Source: an uncultured delta proteobacterium
Lineage (GTDB): Bacteria > Myxococcota > Kuafuiibacteriia > Kuafuiibacteriales > Kuafuiibacteriaceae
Direction of reading: 5' to 3'
NCBI GenBank assembly: GCA_963803435.1
Contig: CAWDML010000004.1
Location: 96,001-160,000, forward strand
Length of the DNA stretch: 64,000 nt
In this document: positions 9,971 to 19,353 of the stretch, one piece after another
Numbering within the stretch: position 1 is the stretch's first letter
Layout of the letters: the number at the start of each line of letters is the position of its first letter
The notes under the pieces: generated by a model
What the model was told of the DNA's origin: nothing
The model's input: only the letters and a program-made list of their open reading frames with translations
Databases searched by the model: none
Program-made: the position numbers and the translations under genes

Positions 9971-11839
9971 GTGGGCCGGACCGAGCGCAAGGCTCCTGCG
10001 CGCAAGAGACGTAAACCGGCCCGCGCCGAAGATCCCCCGATCCCGCTCACGCCGCCGCAGATCGCGGATCGGATCCTCGCCACCCGCCACAACTCCCGCG
10101 GCCTCGAGGTCCGGGTCCTCGAGCTGGAGAGCGAGCTCACCGACCTCCGCCAGGAGCTCGAGCGCTCCGAGCGTCGCGTGGAGGCGATGAAGCAGATCGG
10201 CCGCGTGCTGGGCTCCAACCTCGATCTGGATCCGCTGCTCTCCGAGATCGTCTCGCGCACCACCGATCTCCTGGAGGCGGACCGCTCGACGCTGTTCCTG
10301 GTGGACGCGGAGAGAGACGAGCTCTGGTCGAAAGTGCTCGAGGGCGGCGGCCTTCGGGAGATCCGTCTGCCGCACGGCGTGGGGATCGCAGGGTGGGTTG
10401 CGGTCCACGGCAAACCCCTCCACATCCGCAACGCGTACAAGGACAAGCGCTTCAACCCGGAGTTCGATCGCCAGTCGGGCTACAAGACCCGCGCCATGCT
10501 GGTCTGGCCGGTCCGGCGACCCCAGAAGGCCGAGGTCATCGCCGTCATCCAGGTGCTCAACAAGCGGAGCGGGCAGTTCAACCCCACCGATGAACGACTC
10601 CTGGAGGCGATCGCCTCGGAGATCGGGGTCGCGCTCGAGGTGGCGACGCTCTACCGGGAGGCGGTCGAACGCTCCGAGGCGCTCGAGCGCGCGCGGCGCG
10701 AGCTGGTGCTTCTGTTCGAGACCGAGCGCGCCATCTCCCAGTCCGACAGCCTGCGGGAGATGCTCGAGTCCATCCTGGAGACCACGCTTGCGACCATGGA
10801 CGCCAAGACCGGCTCCATCCACACGCTCGACGAGCGCGGGCTCAAGGTCGAGGTCATCGCCGCCCGCGGGGTCCACGCCCCTTCCCTGCGGTCGGGGGCG
10901 ATCCAGGTGGGCGAGGGCGTGGTGGGCAACGTGATCAAGACCGGCGAGCCGGTCGTGCTCAACGCGATCCAAGGGATGAAGCGGGGACGGATCATCGCGA
11001 AGGAGATCATCGCGGTCCCCATTCACACCCGCGCCGAGGGGACGATCGGCGTGCTCGAGCTGATCAACCGGAAGGGACGGCGCGGCTTCGACGACGACGA
11101 CGTCAAGGCGCTGACCGTGGTGGCGGCGCAGGCAGGCCGGGCGATCCGCGCCGAGCGGAGGCGCAAGGAGCGCGAGCAGTCGGAGCGGTTGACCACGATC
11201 GGCCGGATGCTCTCGGGCGTGGTCCACGACATCCGCACGCCGATGACGCTGATCTCCGGCTACACCCAGATCATGGCGCTCTGCGAGAGCGAGCAGGATC
11301 GGAGCAAGTACGCCCACCAGGTGCACAAGCAGATCGACATCCTCACGTCGATGACGCGCGATCTACTGGCGTTCGCGCGGGGCGAACGGAACATCCTGAT
11401 CCGCAAGGTCTACGTGCAGCGCTTCATGCAGGAGATGCAGGAGTACCTCGAGCGCGAGCTCGACGGCTCGGGCGTGACGCTGGAGATCGACGTCCGCTAC
11501 CGCGGCGCCGCCCGCTTCGACGAGAACAAGATGCGCCGCGTGTTCCACAACATCGCGCGCAACGCCCGCGAAGCGATGCCGGGCGGCGGCCGCTTCTCGG
11601 TCACCGCCAGCACCGCTGGGGGACAGCTCGTCTTCGACTTCGCCGACACCGGCTCGGGCGTCCCGCAGGAGCTCAAGGGCCGCGTCTTTCAGCCGTTCGC
11701 CACCTCCGGCAAGGTCGGCGGCACCGGCCTCGGGCTGGCGATGGTGCAGCAGATCGCCGACGAGCACCGGGGGACGGTCGACTATCGGAGCACGCGCCGC
11801 GGGACCACGTTCTCGTTCAAGATCCCGCTGGAGGTGTAG
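9971..11839 (+). CDS. GAF-GAF sensor histidine kinase
   Basis: Two GAF domains (GIAGWVA, QVLNK, ELINR), H-box HDIRTP, NIARNA, DTGSG, GTGLGL. Confidence 0.93.
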   Translation: MGRTERKAPARKRRKPARAEDPPIPLTPPQIADRILATRHNSRGLEVRVLELESELTDLRQELERSERRVEAMKQIGRVLGSNLDLDPLLSEIVSRTTDLLEADRSTLFLVDAERDELWSKVLEGGGLREIRLPHGVGIAGWVAVHGKPLHIRNAYKDKRFNPEFDRQSGYKTRAMLVWPVRRPQKAEVIAVIQVLNKRSGQFNPTDERLLEAIASEIGVALEVATLYREAVERSEALERARRELVLLFETERAISQSDSLREMLESILETTLATMDAKTGSIHTLDERGLKVEVIAARGVHAPSLRSGAIQVGEGVVGNVIKTGEPVVLNAIQGMKRGRIIAKEIIAVPIHTRAEGTIGVLELINRKGRRGFDDDDVKALTVVAAQAGRAIRAERRRKEREQSERLTTIGRMLSGVVHDIRTPMTLISGYTQIMALCESEQDRSKYAHQVHKQIDILTSMTRDLLAFARGERNILIRKVYVQRFMQEMQEYLERELDGSGVTLEIDVRYRGAARFDENKMRRVFHNIARNAREAMPGGGRFSVTASTAGGQLVFDFADTGSGVPQELKGRVFQPFATSGKVGGTGLGLAMVQQIADEHRGTVDYRSTRRGTTFSFKIPLEV

Positions 11840-11849
11840 GGCCGGCGCT

Positions 11850-12248
11850 TCAGGGATTGAGCAGTTGATCGATCGTCGCTTGATCGGCGCCAGGAAACTC
11901 GTAGTCGTCGAGCTCGGCCGTGGCCACCCAGCGGTAGTCGTGGATCCCGATCTTCTTGATCATGCGATCGGGCGTGAGGAGCTTGCAGCGGTAGACGCGG
12001 AAGTCGATCACGTAGGCCTCGTACTCGTGCGTCACCGATACAGAGGCCTTCCCGACCTCCACCGCGATCTCCATCTCCTCGTGGAGCTCGCGCGCCAGCG
12101 CCTGCTGATCGGTCTCGCCCTCCTCGACGCGGCCGCCCGGGAACTCCCAGAGAAGCGGGAGCGAGCTGGAGGGCTTGCGCTGCGTGATCAGGTAACGGCC
12201 GTCTCGTTCAATCTGGGCCGCCACGACGCGGATCTTTCGCTTGCTCAT
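11850..12248 (-). CDS. MutT-like Nudix (d)NTP pyrophosphohydrolase
   Basis: WEFPGGRVEEGETDQQALARELHEE Nudix box; start MSKRKIRVVAA. Confidence 0.9.
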   Translation of the reverse strand: MSKRKIRVVAAQIERDGRYLITQRKPSSSLPLLWEFPGGRVEEGETDQQALARELHEEMEIAVEVGKASVSVTHEYEAYVIDFRVYRCKLLTPDRMIKKIGIHDYRWVATAELDDYEFPGADQATIDQLLNP

Positions 12249-13474
12249 TGGGGCTTCTCGCTCTCGGCGTCCGGGAAGAATGCCACAAGGGATCGCCGCA
12301 GGCCACGGATTGCGTGGCAGCCGTCGCCGATCAGGTCGTAGTAGCTCTGCGGCCGGATCTTCTCCAGCTCCTTGCCCTTCGAATACAGCGGTTCGAGCTG
12401 CTGGAGCGTGTTGAGGAGGTCGCCCGCGATCCAGCTGACCTCCTTCTTGGTGGTCTCGTCGACCTCGATGAGCCCGTCCTCCTGTGCGAACGCGAGGGTC
12501 TCGAGCAGGTGCCCGTAGAACTTGAGCTCCTGGATCAGAAGCAGCGGAGCGTACGTGGGCTCCTTCGCGATGTAGCTCCGGTAGATCCGACGCTCGGCGT
12601 CCCAGCGGAACAGGAGGAGCGCGAGCTGCTTCTTCATCATGTCGGTCGCGTTCTGATCGGCGAGATATTTCGCGCTGTGGACCGCGGCCTGGATGAAGTG
12701 AAGGCCGCCGCAGGTGTGCCCGTAGATCGCCTGCTTCTGCTTCTCGACCTTGTCCGGGCGGTTCGCCTCGAACGGACCGAGCAGGAACGCCTGCTCCTCC
12801 TCGAGGCGCTGGATGGTGCGCATGCACACCTCCTTCAGTTTGATCTCGCGATCCCCGGCCTCGATCACGCCCTTGTCCCCGCGAGCCCGCAGGAACGCAT
12901 CCAGCGTCCACGCGAAGTTCCGCCAGTCCCGATCGACCACGGGCATCACGAACACGCGCTCCGCATCCGACACCAGCCGGTCGAGCGTCACCTTCTGCTT
13001 CGAGCTCTTGATCTTGAACGTGTGATCGAGCGGCACACCGACCTCGAGCAACGACTTGATCATCTGATTTCGATGCGGCTCGATGGGGATCTCGTCTTTG
13101 ACCTCGGGGAACGAGTAGTAGGCGATCTTCCCGTCGAGCTTGTGAGGCTCGATGAAGTCCTCGATGATCACGTCGATCGCCGGCCTCCCGTTGTCGGCCT
13201 TCAAGTCCTTACCGAACGCCAAGAGCCCGTGGGCCATCATCCATGGATTCTTCGAGTTCGTGGCCCCCTCCCTGACCAGGTCCGACAGGCGGTTCGCCGC
13301 GCCGTTCATCTCGACCGGCAACGCCTCCCGCAGCGCCGGCCCCGGGGGCGCCTTCTCCATCCGCATCGCCGCGTCGGGATTCGCCCGGACACTCGCGTCG
13401 GGCCTCGCCGCGCTCGGCTCCGGCTTACAGGCGGACGAGAGCGCTACCAGCAGCGCGATGCGACGCATGTTCAC
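12245..13474 (-). CDS. Hypothetical lipoprotein with conserved-looking His motifs
   Basis: Lipobox SSAC; NPWMMAHG, HTCGGLH, KFYGHLLE, DGCHA. Confidence 0.7.
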   Translation of the reverse strand: MNMRRIALLVALSSACKPEPSAARPDASVRANPDAAMRMEKAPPGPALREALPVEMNGAANRLSDLVREGATNSKNPWMMAHGLLAFGKDLKADNGRPAIDVIIEDFIEPHKLDGKIAYYSFPEVKDEIPIEPHRNQMIKSLLEVGVPLDHTFKIKSSKQKVTLDRLVSDAERVFVMPVVDRDWRNFAWTLDAFLRARGDKGVIEAGDREIKLKEVCMRTIQRLEEEQAFLLGPFEANRPDKVEKQKQAIYGHTCGGLHFIQAAVHSAKYLADQNATDMMKKQLALLLFRWDAERRIYRSYIAKEPTYAPLLLIQELKFYGHLLETLAFAQEDGLIEVDETTKKEVSWIAGDLLNTLQQLEPLYSKGKELEKIRPQSYYDLIGDGCHAIRGLRRSLVAFFPDAESEKPQ

Positions 13475-13532
13475 GGGGCCGGAGTCTAAGGTCTTGACCG
13501 CCCCGGCGTCATCGACATAACGGGACCCGCCC

Positions 13533-13605
13533 GGGCCCTTAGCTCAGTTGGCAGAGCAGGGGATTTTTAATCCCAAGGTCACAGGTTCGATCCCTGTAGG
13601 GCCCA
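13533..13605 (+). tRNA. tRNA-Lys (anticodon UUU), CCA not encoded
   Basis: Acceptor GGGCCCT/AGGGCCC, D arm GCTC-AGTTGGCA-GAGC, anticodon loop TTTTTAA, T arm ACAGG-TTCGATC-CCTGT. Confidence 0.93.
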
Positions 13606-13675
13606 TCGAGTCACCGCGGAATTGTTCAGGTTCTTCGAGCGCACGTCGTGCGATCAGTCGAGCGGCGTAGCCGGA

Positions 13676-13720
13676 GAGAGTCGCGCCGAGATCTCTCGAC
13701 TCTGAACTCTCGACTCTCGA
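13676..13720. repeat. Heptamer tandem (CTCTCGA)x4, one variant, with an upstream complementary arm
   Basis: CTCTCGA CTCTGAA CTCTCGA CTCTCGA at 13693-13720; GAGAGTCG (13676-13683) pairs with CGACTCTC (13711-13718). Confidence 0.6.
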
Positions 13721-13844
13721 CAGTACCGCGTAGCTACATGCGTGCTCCGAAGCTTCCGTGCACAAAATCCCCACCAGGCGGCGGTCAAGTTGCCGCAGGT
13801 TCGTCGCTTCGTCGGCCAGGATCTGGGCGCGCGCCCTGCCGATG

Positions 13845-14978
13845 CTACTCGGGCCGGAATCTCCAGCCGTCGTGGAAGCCGGTGTAGTTCGGCTGTCCGA
13901 GCCCGCCGAACACATAGAGCGCGCCGGTCGGTCCGTGCCACGCGGAGGCCGGAAAGCCGCGAGCGGGCGGCATCGTGACCGGGAGCAGCGTCCACGTGCT
14001 CGAGACCAGGTCGAAGCGCCAAATCTCGTCGAAGTCGTCGGTCTCCCTGGTGCCGCCGAACAAGAACCAGCTGCCCGTCGTCGGGTCCACGCCCGGGGCG
14101 CCGAATCGGCGCTCGCTGGGGTGATCGCCGGTGATCTCGGTCCAGTCGACGCCGTCGAACGCCCACGTGTCCGAGAGCAGCTGGTACGGCGCGACCGCCC
14201 TGACGCTCCCGCCGAAGACGAGCATGCGGTGGTTGATCGGATCGTACGCGCTGGCAGCGTCGGAGCGCGCGGGCGGCGTGTGGTCCGGGTTCGCAAAGTT
14301 GAAGCGCTGCGACGTCGGATCGAAGAGCCAGGTGACGGTGTCGAATCCGGTGCGCCCGCCGCCGCCGAAGACGACAGCCTTGGCGAGCTCCGGCATCCAC
14401 TCCACGTTGCAGCCGATGACCCCCGACGGCACGGGTCCGGCGACCTTCGTCCACACGTTGGTCGCGAGGTCGAGGATGAACGCCGCCGGTGCGAGAGGTC
14501 CGGACTCGTCGCGCCCGCCGACCAGCAGCATCTGTCGCTGGTCCGGGAGATACGCGACACAGTGACAGTAGCGCGGCTCGGGCACGTCTCCGGTCGCTTC
14601 GATCTTCGTCCATGAGGCGTCCGCGATCGAGAACGACCACAGCTCGTCGCTCGTGCCACCCACCGGATATTGGCTCCCGCCGAACAGGAGGAACCGATCC
14701 TCGTCGGGGTCGAGCACCATCCGCGCGCCCCACCGAGTCTGGTCGTCGGGCATCCCTCCGAACTCGGACCAGCCCTCGGGCGCCAACTCGAAGCCACTGT
14801 CGGGTGGCTCCGCGTCAGGAGCGTCTCCAGAGTCGAGCGTCCCCGAGTCGATCGGCGTCCCGGAATCAATCTCCGGGGCGTCGGCGTCGGCACCCGCATC
14901 CGGAGGGCCCATCTGACCGCTCTCGCTGCATGCGATCGTAGAAAGGACGAAAGTCAGCCCCAACCAGCGCTTCCACAC
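13845..14978 (-). CDS. Kelch-repeat beta-propeller lipoprotein
   Basis: Lipobox TIAC; repeated LFGG...W.FD....W units. Confidence 0.88.
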   Translation of the reverse strand: MWKRWLGLTFVLSTIACSESGQMGPPDAGADADAPEIDSGTPIDSGTLDSGDAPDAEPPDSGFELAPEGWSEFGGMPDDQTRWGARMVLDPDEDRFLLFGGSQYPVGGTSDELWSFSIADASWTKIEATGDVPEPRYCHCVAYLPDQRQMLLVGGRDESGPLAPAAFILDLATNVWTKVAGPVPSGVIGCNVEWMPELAKAVVFGGGGRTGFDTVTWLFDPTSQRFNFANPDHTPPARSDAASAYDPINHRMLVFGGSVRAVAPYQLLSDTWAFDGVDWTEITGDHPSERRFGAPGVDPTTGSWFLFGGTRETDDFDEIWRFDLVSSTWTLLPVTMPPARGFPASAWHGPTGALYVFGGLGQPNYTGFHDGWRFRPE

Positions 14979-15454
14979 GGCGGGCTAGCACAGGCAAGCC
15001 GCGTGCCTAGAGACTGTTCACTTTCGATCGCCGGGCCGTGGACCGCGTGTCTCAGGGGCTCGAATCCTCCCTCCGTTCGGCTCTCCTTGGCGCGCGCGAT
15101 CCTGATCCGGGCGGCGATGAGCGTCGCGTTCGGCGTGGGGGCGCCCTCGGAGCGGAGGCGGATGGTGGCGTGGTCGCCGGCGATGATGTCGGCGGCGGGG
15201 AGCGGCTGGCCGCGGTAGCGGATCATGGCGGGCGAGGGGGGGAGCGTGATCGTGAGATCGAGGAGCGTGCGGCCGTGGCCAGTCCGGAGGACGAGGGTCT
15301 GGTGGGGGGGATCGACGGTGAGGACCTCGCCGTCGAGGTAGAGCGCGCGCGGCGGGGCGGCGCGGGGCGAGCGATGGTGGCGGGCGAGGCCGAGGGCGAA
15401 GGCGCCGGCGAGGGCGATGAGGGCCAGCAGGAGCCAGGAGAGGCGGCGGGTCAT
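14954..15454 (-). CDS. Hypothetical membrane-anchored protein (possible OB-fold)
   Basis: N-terminal hydrophobic segment; GEVLTVD..., DIIAGDHATI; the C-terminal extent is uncertain. Confidence 0.5.
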   Translation of the reverse strand: MTRRLSWLLLALIALAGAFALGLARHHRSPRAAPPRALYLDGEVLTVDPPHQTLVLRTGHGRTLLDLTITLPPSPAMIRYRGQPLPAADIIAGDHATIRLRSEGAPTPNATLIAARIRIARAKESRTEGGFEPLRHAVHGPAIESEQSLGTRLACASPPCGSAGWG

Positions 15455-15556
15455 GGGCGGTCCCGCGGATCGCGCGCGAGGATGGAGGGGCGCCCATCCT
15501 CGCGCGCACAGGAAACCAGGTGAGGAGATCGTGTCTGCATCTCCTTCGCCTCAGGG

Positions 15557-15949
15557 TCAGTCGGCACTCAGGTCGAGCCAGAACGCGTGCAGGAAGAGGA
15601 ACTCCTCGCGGCGGGTGCAGCGGAGGAGGAGCAGGAGGCGCTGGCGGAGGCGCTCGCTGAGCCGGCTCCGGAGCCTTCGATCGGGCTCCAGCGCGCGCAC
15701 GACGACGAGCGCGCGGAGCTCGTCCAGGGCGCGCTCCTCGATCCTGCGGAGACGGCGCAGCTCTTCGGCCATCTCGGTCGGCCAGCCGGCGGCGCTGGGA
15801 TCGGCGTCGGCGCCGACGTTGTTGTTGAGCGTCGATTCGAGGGCAGCGACCACGTCGAACGTGCTGCTGGGGAGGAGCGGCGCCACCTGGTCGTCGAGGC
15901 GCTCGATCAGCATGCCGATCTTTCGCGGCGCGTCGGAGTTGATGATCAC
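15557..15949 (-). CDS. Hypothetical protein
   Basis: ORF overlaps the stop of the upstream response regulator. Confidence 0.5.
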   Translation of the reverse strand: MIINSDAPRKIGMLIERLDDQVAPLLPSSTFDVVAALESTLNNNVGADADPSAAGWPTEMAEELRRLRRIEERALDELRALVVVRALEPDRRLRSRLSERLRQRLLLLLRCTRREEFLFLHAFWLDLSAD

Positions 15950-16413
15950 GACGGCTCCTGAGAGTGCGTCTCGCGAACGGGGACGTGCGTGGTCGGTGGG
16001 CGAAGCCCGTGGACCACCTCGCGCAGCTCGCGCAGGCGGAAGGGCTTGTCGAACATGGCGACCGCGCCCAGCTCCGCCGCCCGCATGTGGGTCTGCTCGT
16101 CGCCGAACGCGGTGATCAAGATGATCGGCACCCGCAGCGTCGAGTCGTTCATGCCGGAGAGCACGTCGAGGCCGGTGATCCCGGGCATGCGCACGTCGGA
16201 GATGATGAGATGCGGCGTCTCGTCGGGTCGGTCGTAGAGAATGAACGCGGCCAGGCGATCCAGGAGCTCGATCCCGTCCGACGCTTCGATGACGTCGTAA
16301 CCGTCGTCGCGCAGCGCACCGGCGATCAGCCGGCGCATCTCGAGGTCGTCCTCGGCGACCAGTACGCGCGACCGCTCGACCCGTAGCCGGACCTCGTTTC
16401 GATCAGAGCTCAT
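15946..16413 (-). CDS. Single-domain response regulator
   Basis: VLVAEDD, IISDVRMPG, ITAFG, FDKPF; start MSSDRNE. Confidence 0.9.
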   Translation of the reverse strand: MSSDRNEVRLRVERSRVLVAEDDLEMRRLIAGALRDDGYDVIEASDGIELLDRLAAFILYDRPDETPHLIISDVRMPGITGLDVLSGMNDSTLRVPIILITAFGDEQTHMRAAELGAVAMFDKPFRLRELREVVHGLRPPTTHVPVRETHSQEPS

Positions 16414-17840
16414 GCCGATCTCCTCGCTCCGGACTCTCCGGATGAACTGGGAAGGTGGATGGTGAAGACGCTCCCTCGACCAACCTCGCTGTCGACCGTG
16501 ATCCAGCCGCCGTGCTCCGAGACGATCCCGTACGCGACCGAGAGCCCGAGGCCGGTGCCTTCGCCGACGGGCTTGGTGGTGAAGAAGGGTTCGAACAAGC
16601 GCTTGCGATGCTCGACCGGTATCCCGCAGCCCGTATCGCGGACGTGGACGTTGATGCTGGCTCGCGGCTCGGCGGTCCGCTCCAGCTCGACGGTGACCTG
16701 ACCACCGCGCGGGGTGGCGTGGATCGCGTTCATCACCAGGTTGGTGAGGACCTGCTCGATCTGCGAGGCATCGACCTCGAGGAGCGGAGTCTCCCGGCCG
16801 GCGGCCAGGAGCACGATGCCGCGTCGATCCGCGAGGGGACCGAGCACGGCAATCGTCTTGTGCACCACCCGGACCAGGTCCTCCGAGGCCTTCTTGGGAG
16901 GGCGCCGGCGCGCGAAGTCGAGCAGCTGCCGGACGATCACTGCCATCCGATCGGTCTGCTCGATGATGATCTGCGCCTCCTGGGAGGCGCGCGGCGCCTC
17001 GGTCTCTCCGGAGGCGATCATCTCCGCTCGCGCCGAGACGACGTTCAGAGGCGTGCCGAGCTCGTGCGCGACGCCGGCCGCCAGCTGCCCCACGGTGGCG
17101 AGCCGCTCCGCATGCCGGAGCCCTTCGAGCGCGCGAATGCGTGCCGCCGACTCCTCTTCGACCCGTCGCTGCGCCTCCGCCAGCATCTCGCTCGTGGTGT
17201 TCAGCTCGCGCGCGAGCTCTCCGAACTCGTCGTCCCGGATCATCTTGAGCGTGCCGCCGAAGTCGCCGCGTCCGATCTTGCGAGCCTTGTCGATGATCAT
17301 CCCGGTGGGTCGCGCGACGTACGCGAGGCCAAACACCACGGTGAGGATGATCGAGGCGAGAAGCACCAGGCAGGTGGTGAGCGCCGTGCTCAGCACGGTC
17401 CGCCGAAGGTAGGCCGCCGTCTCTCCGAGGGGTTCCGTGAGCTCGAGCGCCCCGATCTTCTGGAGGCCCAGCCGGACCGGCACCGTCGTTCGGAACACGC
17501 CCTGCGGCGCCCGCGGGATCAAGAGTGAGAGCCAGTCGTGAAGCGCGATGGCCTCGAACTCGATGTCGTCGCCGCTCGTCTCGCTGGCTCGTCGCCAACG
17601 GATCGTCACGTGCTGGTCCTTCGAGGTCTCCTCGACGAGCCGCTCGGCTGCGCTGTCGCCGCCGTCCGCCCACGCGTCGCGGACCGCGTTTTCCAGGATA
17701 TGCCCGATCAGCCGGTGGTCGTGCTCGACGTCGTTCCGGAACAGCGAGATCTCGCGAGCAATCTGCACGGCACACTCACCTGCGAGGACGAGCGCGACGC
17801 TCAGCAGGATCATCTCGACGAGCCGCTTCGTCAGTTTCAT
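16410..17840 (-). CDS. HAMP sensor histidine kinase
   Basis: Two TM segments, HAMP (DEFGELA), AHELGTPL, NLVMNA, EPFFTTK, GTGLGL. Confidence 0.93.
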   Translation of the reverse strand: MKLTKRLVEMILLSVALVLAGECAVQIAREISLFRNDVEHDHRLIGHILENAVRDAWADGGDSAAERLVEETSKDQHVTIRWRRASETSGDDIEFEAIALHDWLSLLIPRAPQGVFRTTVPVRLGLQKIGALELTEPLGETAAYLRRTVLSTALTTCLVLLASIILTVVFGLAYVARPTGMIIDKARKIGRGDFGGTLKMIRDDEFGELARELNTTSEMLAEAQRRVEEESAARIRALEGLRHAERLATVGQLAAGVAHELGTPLNVVSARAEMIASGETEAPRASQEAQIIIEQTDRMAVIVRQLLDFARRRPPKKASEDLVRVVHKTIAVLGPLADRRGIVLLAAGRETPLLEVDASQIEQVLTNLVMNAIHATPRGGQVTVELERTAEPRASINVHVRDTGCGIPVEHRKRLFEPFFTTKPVGEGTGLGLSVAYGIVSEHGGWITVDSEVGRGSVFTIHLPSSSGESGARRSA

Positions 17841-17964
17841 CGCGCTCCCGTGAGGCGGGCGGAGCGGTCGCAAGAAACGAACCACGCACGCGCTCACGGC
17901 GAGTCGCGGCGGCGCCCGATCCGATCGACCAAAACGTCGATCGACCTCGACGATTTGGGGTCCT

Positions 17965-19353
17965 CTACTCGTCCTTGCCGCGGAGCCCGAACTTCTCGAG
18001 GCGGTATTGCAGCGTTCGGTAGGTCATGCCGAGCATCTTGGCCGCCTTGGCGATGACGTGCCCGCTGCGGGCCATCGCCTGCGCAAGGATCTGCCGCTCG
18101 AAGTCCTCGAACACGAATCCGTCCTCGGGGAGCTCGAAGTCGAGGCGCGGCGTCAGCCTGACCTTGCCCGAGGGGGTCCCGACCTCGGCCGGCAGGTCCT
18201 CGAGCCGAATCTGGTCGCCGTCCGCCATCACCGACGCGCGCTCGACGACCGACTGCACCTCTCGCACGTTCCCCGGCCACCGGTAGGCCATCAGCGCTGC
18301 GAGTGCGTCGGGAGCCATGCGCTTGGGGCTGGTCTCGTTCTCCGCGGACAGCCGCGTCAGGAAGTGCTCCACCAGGAGCGCGACGTCGGTGCTGCGCTCC
18401 CGCAGCGGGGGCAGGACGATCGGAAACACGTTGAGGCGCCAGAAGAGGTCTTCGCGAAAAGTGCCTTCGCGGGTCAGCTTCGCCAGGTCGCTGTGGGTGG
18501 CGGCCACCATCCGGACGTCGACCGGAAGCGCCGCTGTTCCGCCGACCCTCAGGATCTCGCGCTCCTGGAGCACGCGCAGCAGCTTCGGCTGCAGCGAGAG
18601 CGGCAGGTCTCCGATCTCGTCGAGGAAGAGCGTCCCCTGGGAGGCGCGTTCGAAGTGTCCGAGCTTGCGGGCGACGGCTCCGGTGAACGCACCCTTCTCG
18701 TGTCCGAACAGCTCGCTCTCGAGCAGCGTCTCCGGGATCGCGGCGCAGTTGATCGCCACGAAGGGACCGTTCTTGCGGCGGCTGCGGGCGTGTATCGCCC
18801 GCGCGATCACCTCCTTGCCGGTACCGGTCTCACCGTAGATCAGCACCGACGAGCTCGTCGGCGCCACCTTGGCCACCAGCCGCATCACCTCACGCATGGC
18901 GCCGTGCGACGCGACGATGTTCTGGTCGGAGTACCGCTCGTCGAGCGCCTCGCGAAGGGCCGCGTTCTGGCGAAGGAGGCGGACCCGTTCGAGCGCGCGC
19001 TCGAGGGTGAGCAGGAGATCCGCGCGATCGAGCGGCTTGGTCAGGTAGTCGAACGCCCCCTCCTTCATCGCCCGCACCGCGGTGTCGACGCTGCCATGTG
19101 CCGTCATCAGCACGACCGGGATCGCGGGCGCGACCCTCCGAAGATCGGCCAGCAGATCGAGCCCGTCCTCGTCCGCCATCCGCAGGTCGGTCAGGATGAC
19201 GTCGGGAGGGCTCGGCTCCAGCAGCTTGAGCGCAGTCTTGGCTCCGCCCGCCTGCGACACGTCCCATCCGGCGCTGGACAGGATCGCCGCGATGATCTCG
19301 CGCTGGGGGGCCTCGTCGTCGACGACGAGCGCGCGTCCGAGGGGCGCGGTCAC
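17965..19353 (-). CDS. Sigma54-dependent (NtrC-family) response regulator
   Basis: REC domain, GETGTGKE, GAFTGA, LFLDEIG, WPGNVRE, Fis-type HTH. Confidence 0.96.
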   Translation of the reverse strand: MTAPLGRALVVDDEAPQREIIAAILSSAGWDVSQAGGAKTALKLLEPSPPDVILTDLRMADEDGLDLLADLRRVAPAIPVVLMTAHGSVDTAVRAMKEGAFDYLTKPLDRADLLLTLERALERVRLLRQNAALREALDERYSDQNIVASHGAMREVMRLVAKVAPTSSSVLIYGETGTGKEVIARAIHARSRRKNGPFVAINCAAIPETLLESELFGHEKGAFTGAVARKLGHFERASQGTLFLDEIGDLPLSLQPKLLRVLQEREILRVGGTAALPVDVRMVAATHSDLAKLTREGTFREDLFWRLNVFPIVLPPLRERSTDVALLVEHFLTRLSAENETSPKRMAPDALAALMAYRWPGNVREVQSVVERASVMADGDQIRLEDLPAEVGTPSGKVRLTPRLDFELPEDGFVFEDFERQILAQAMARSGHVIAKAAKMLGMTYRTLQYRLEKFGLRGKDE

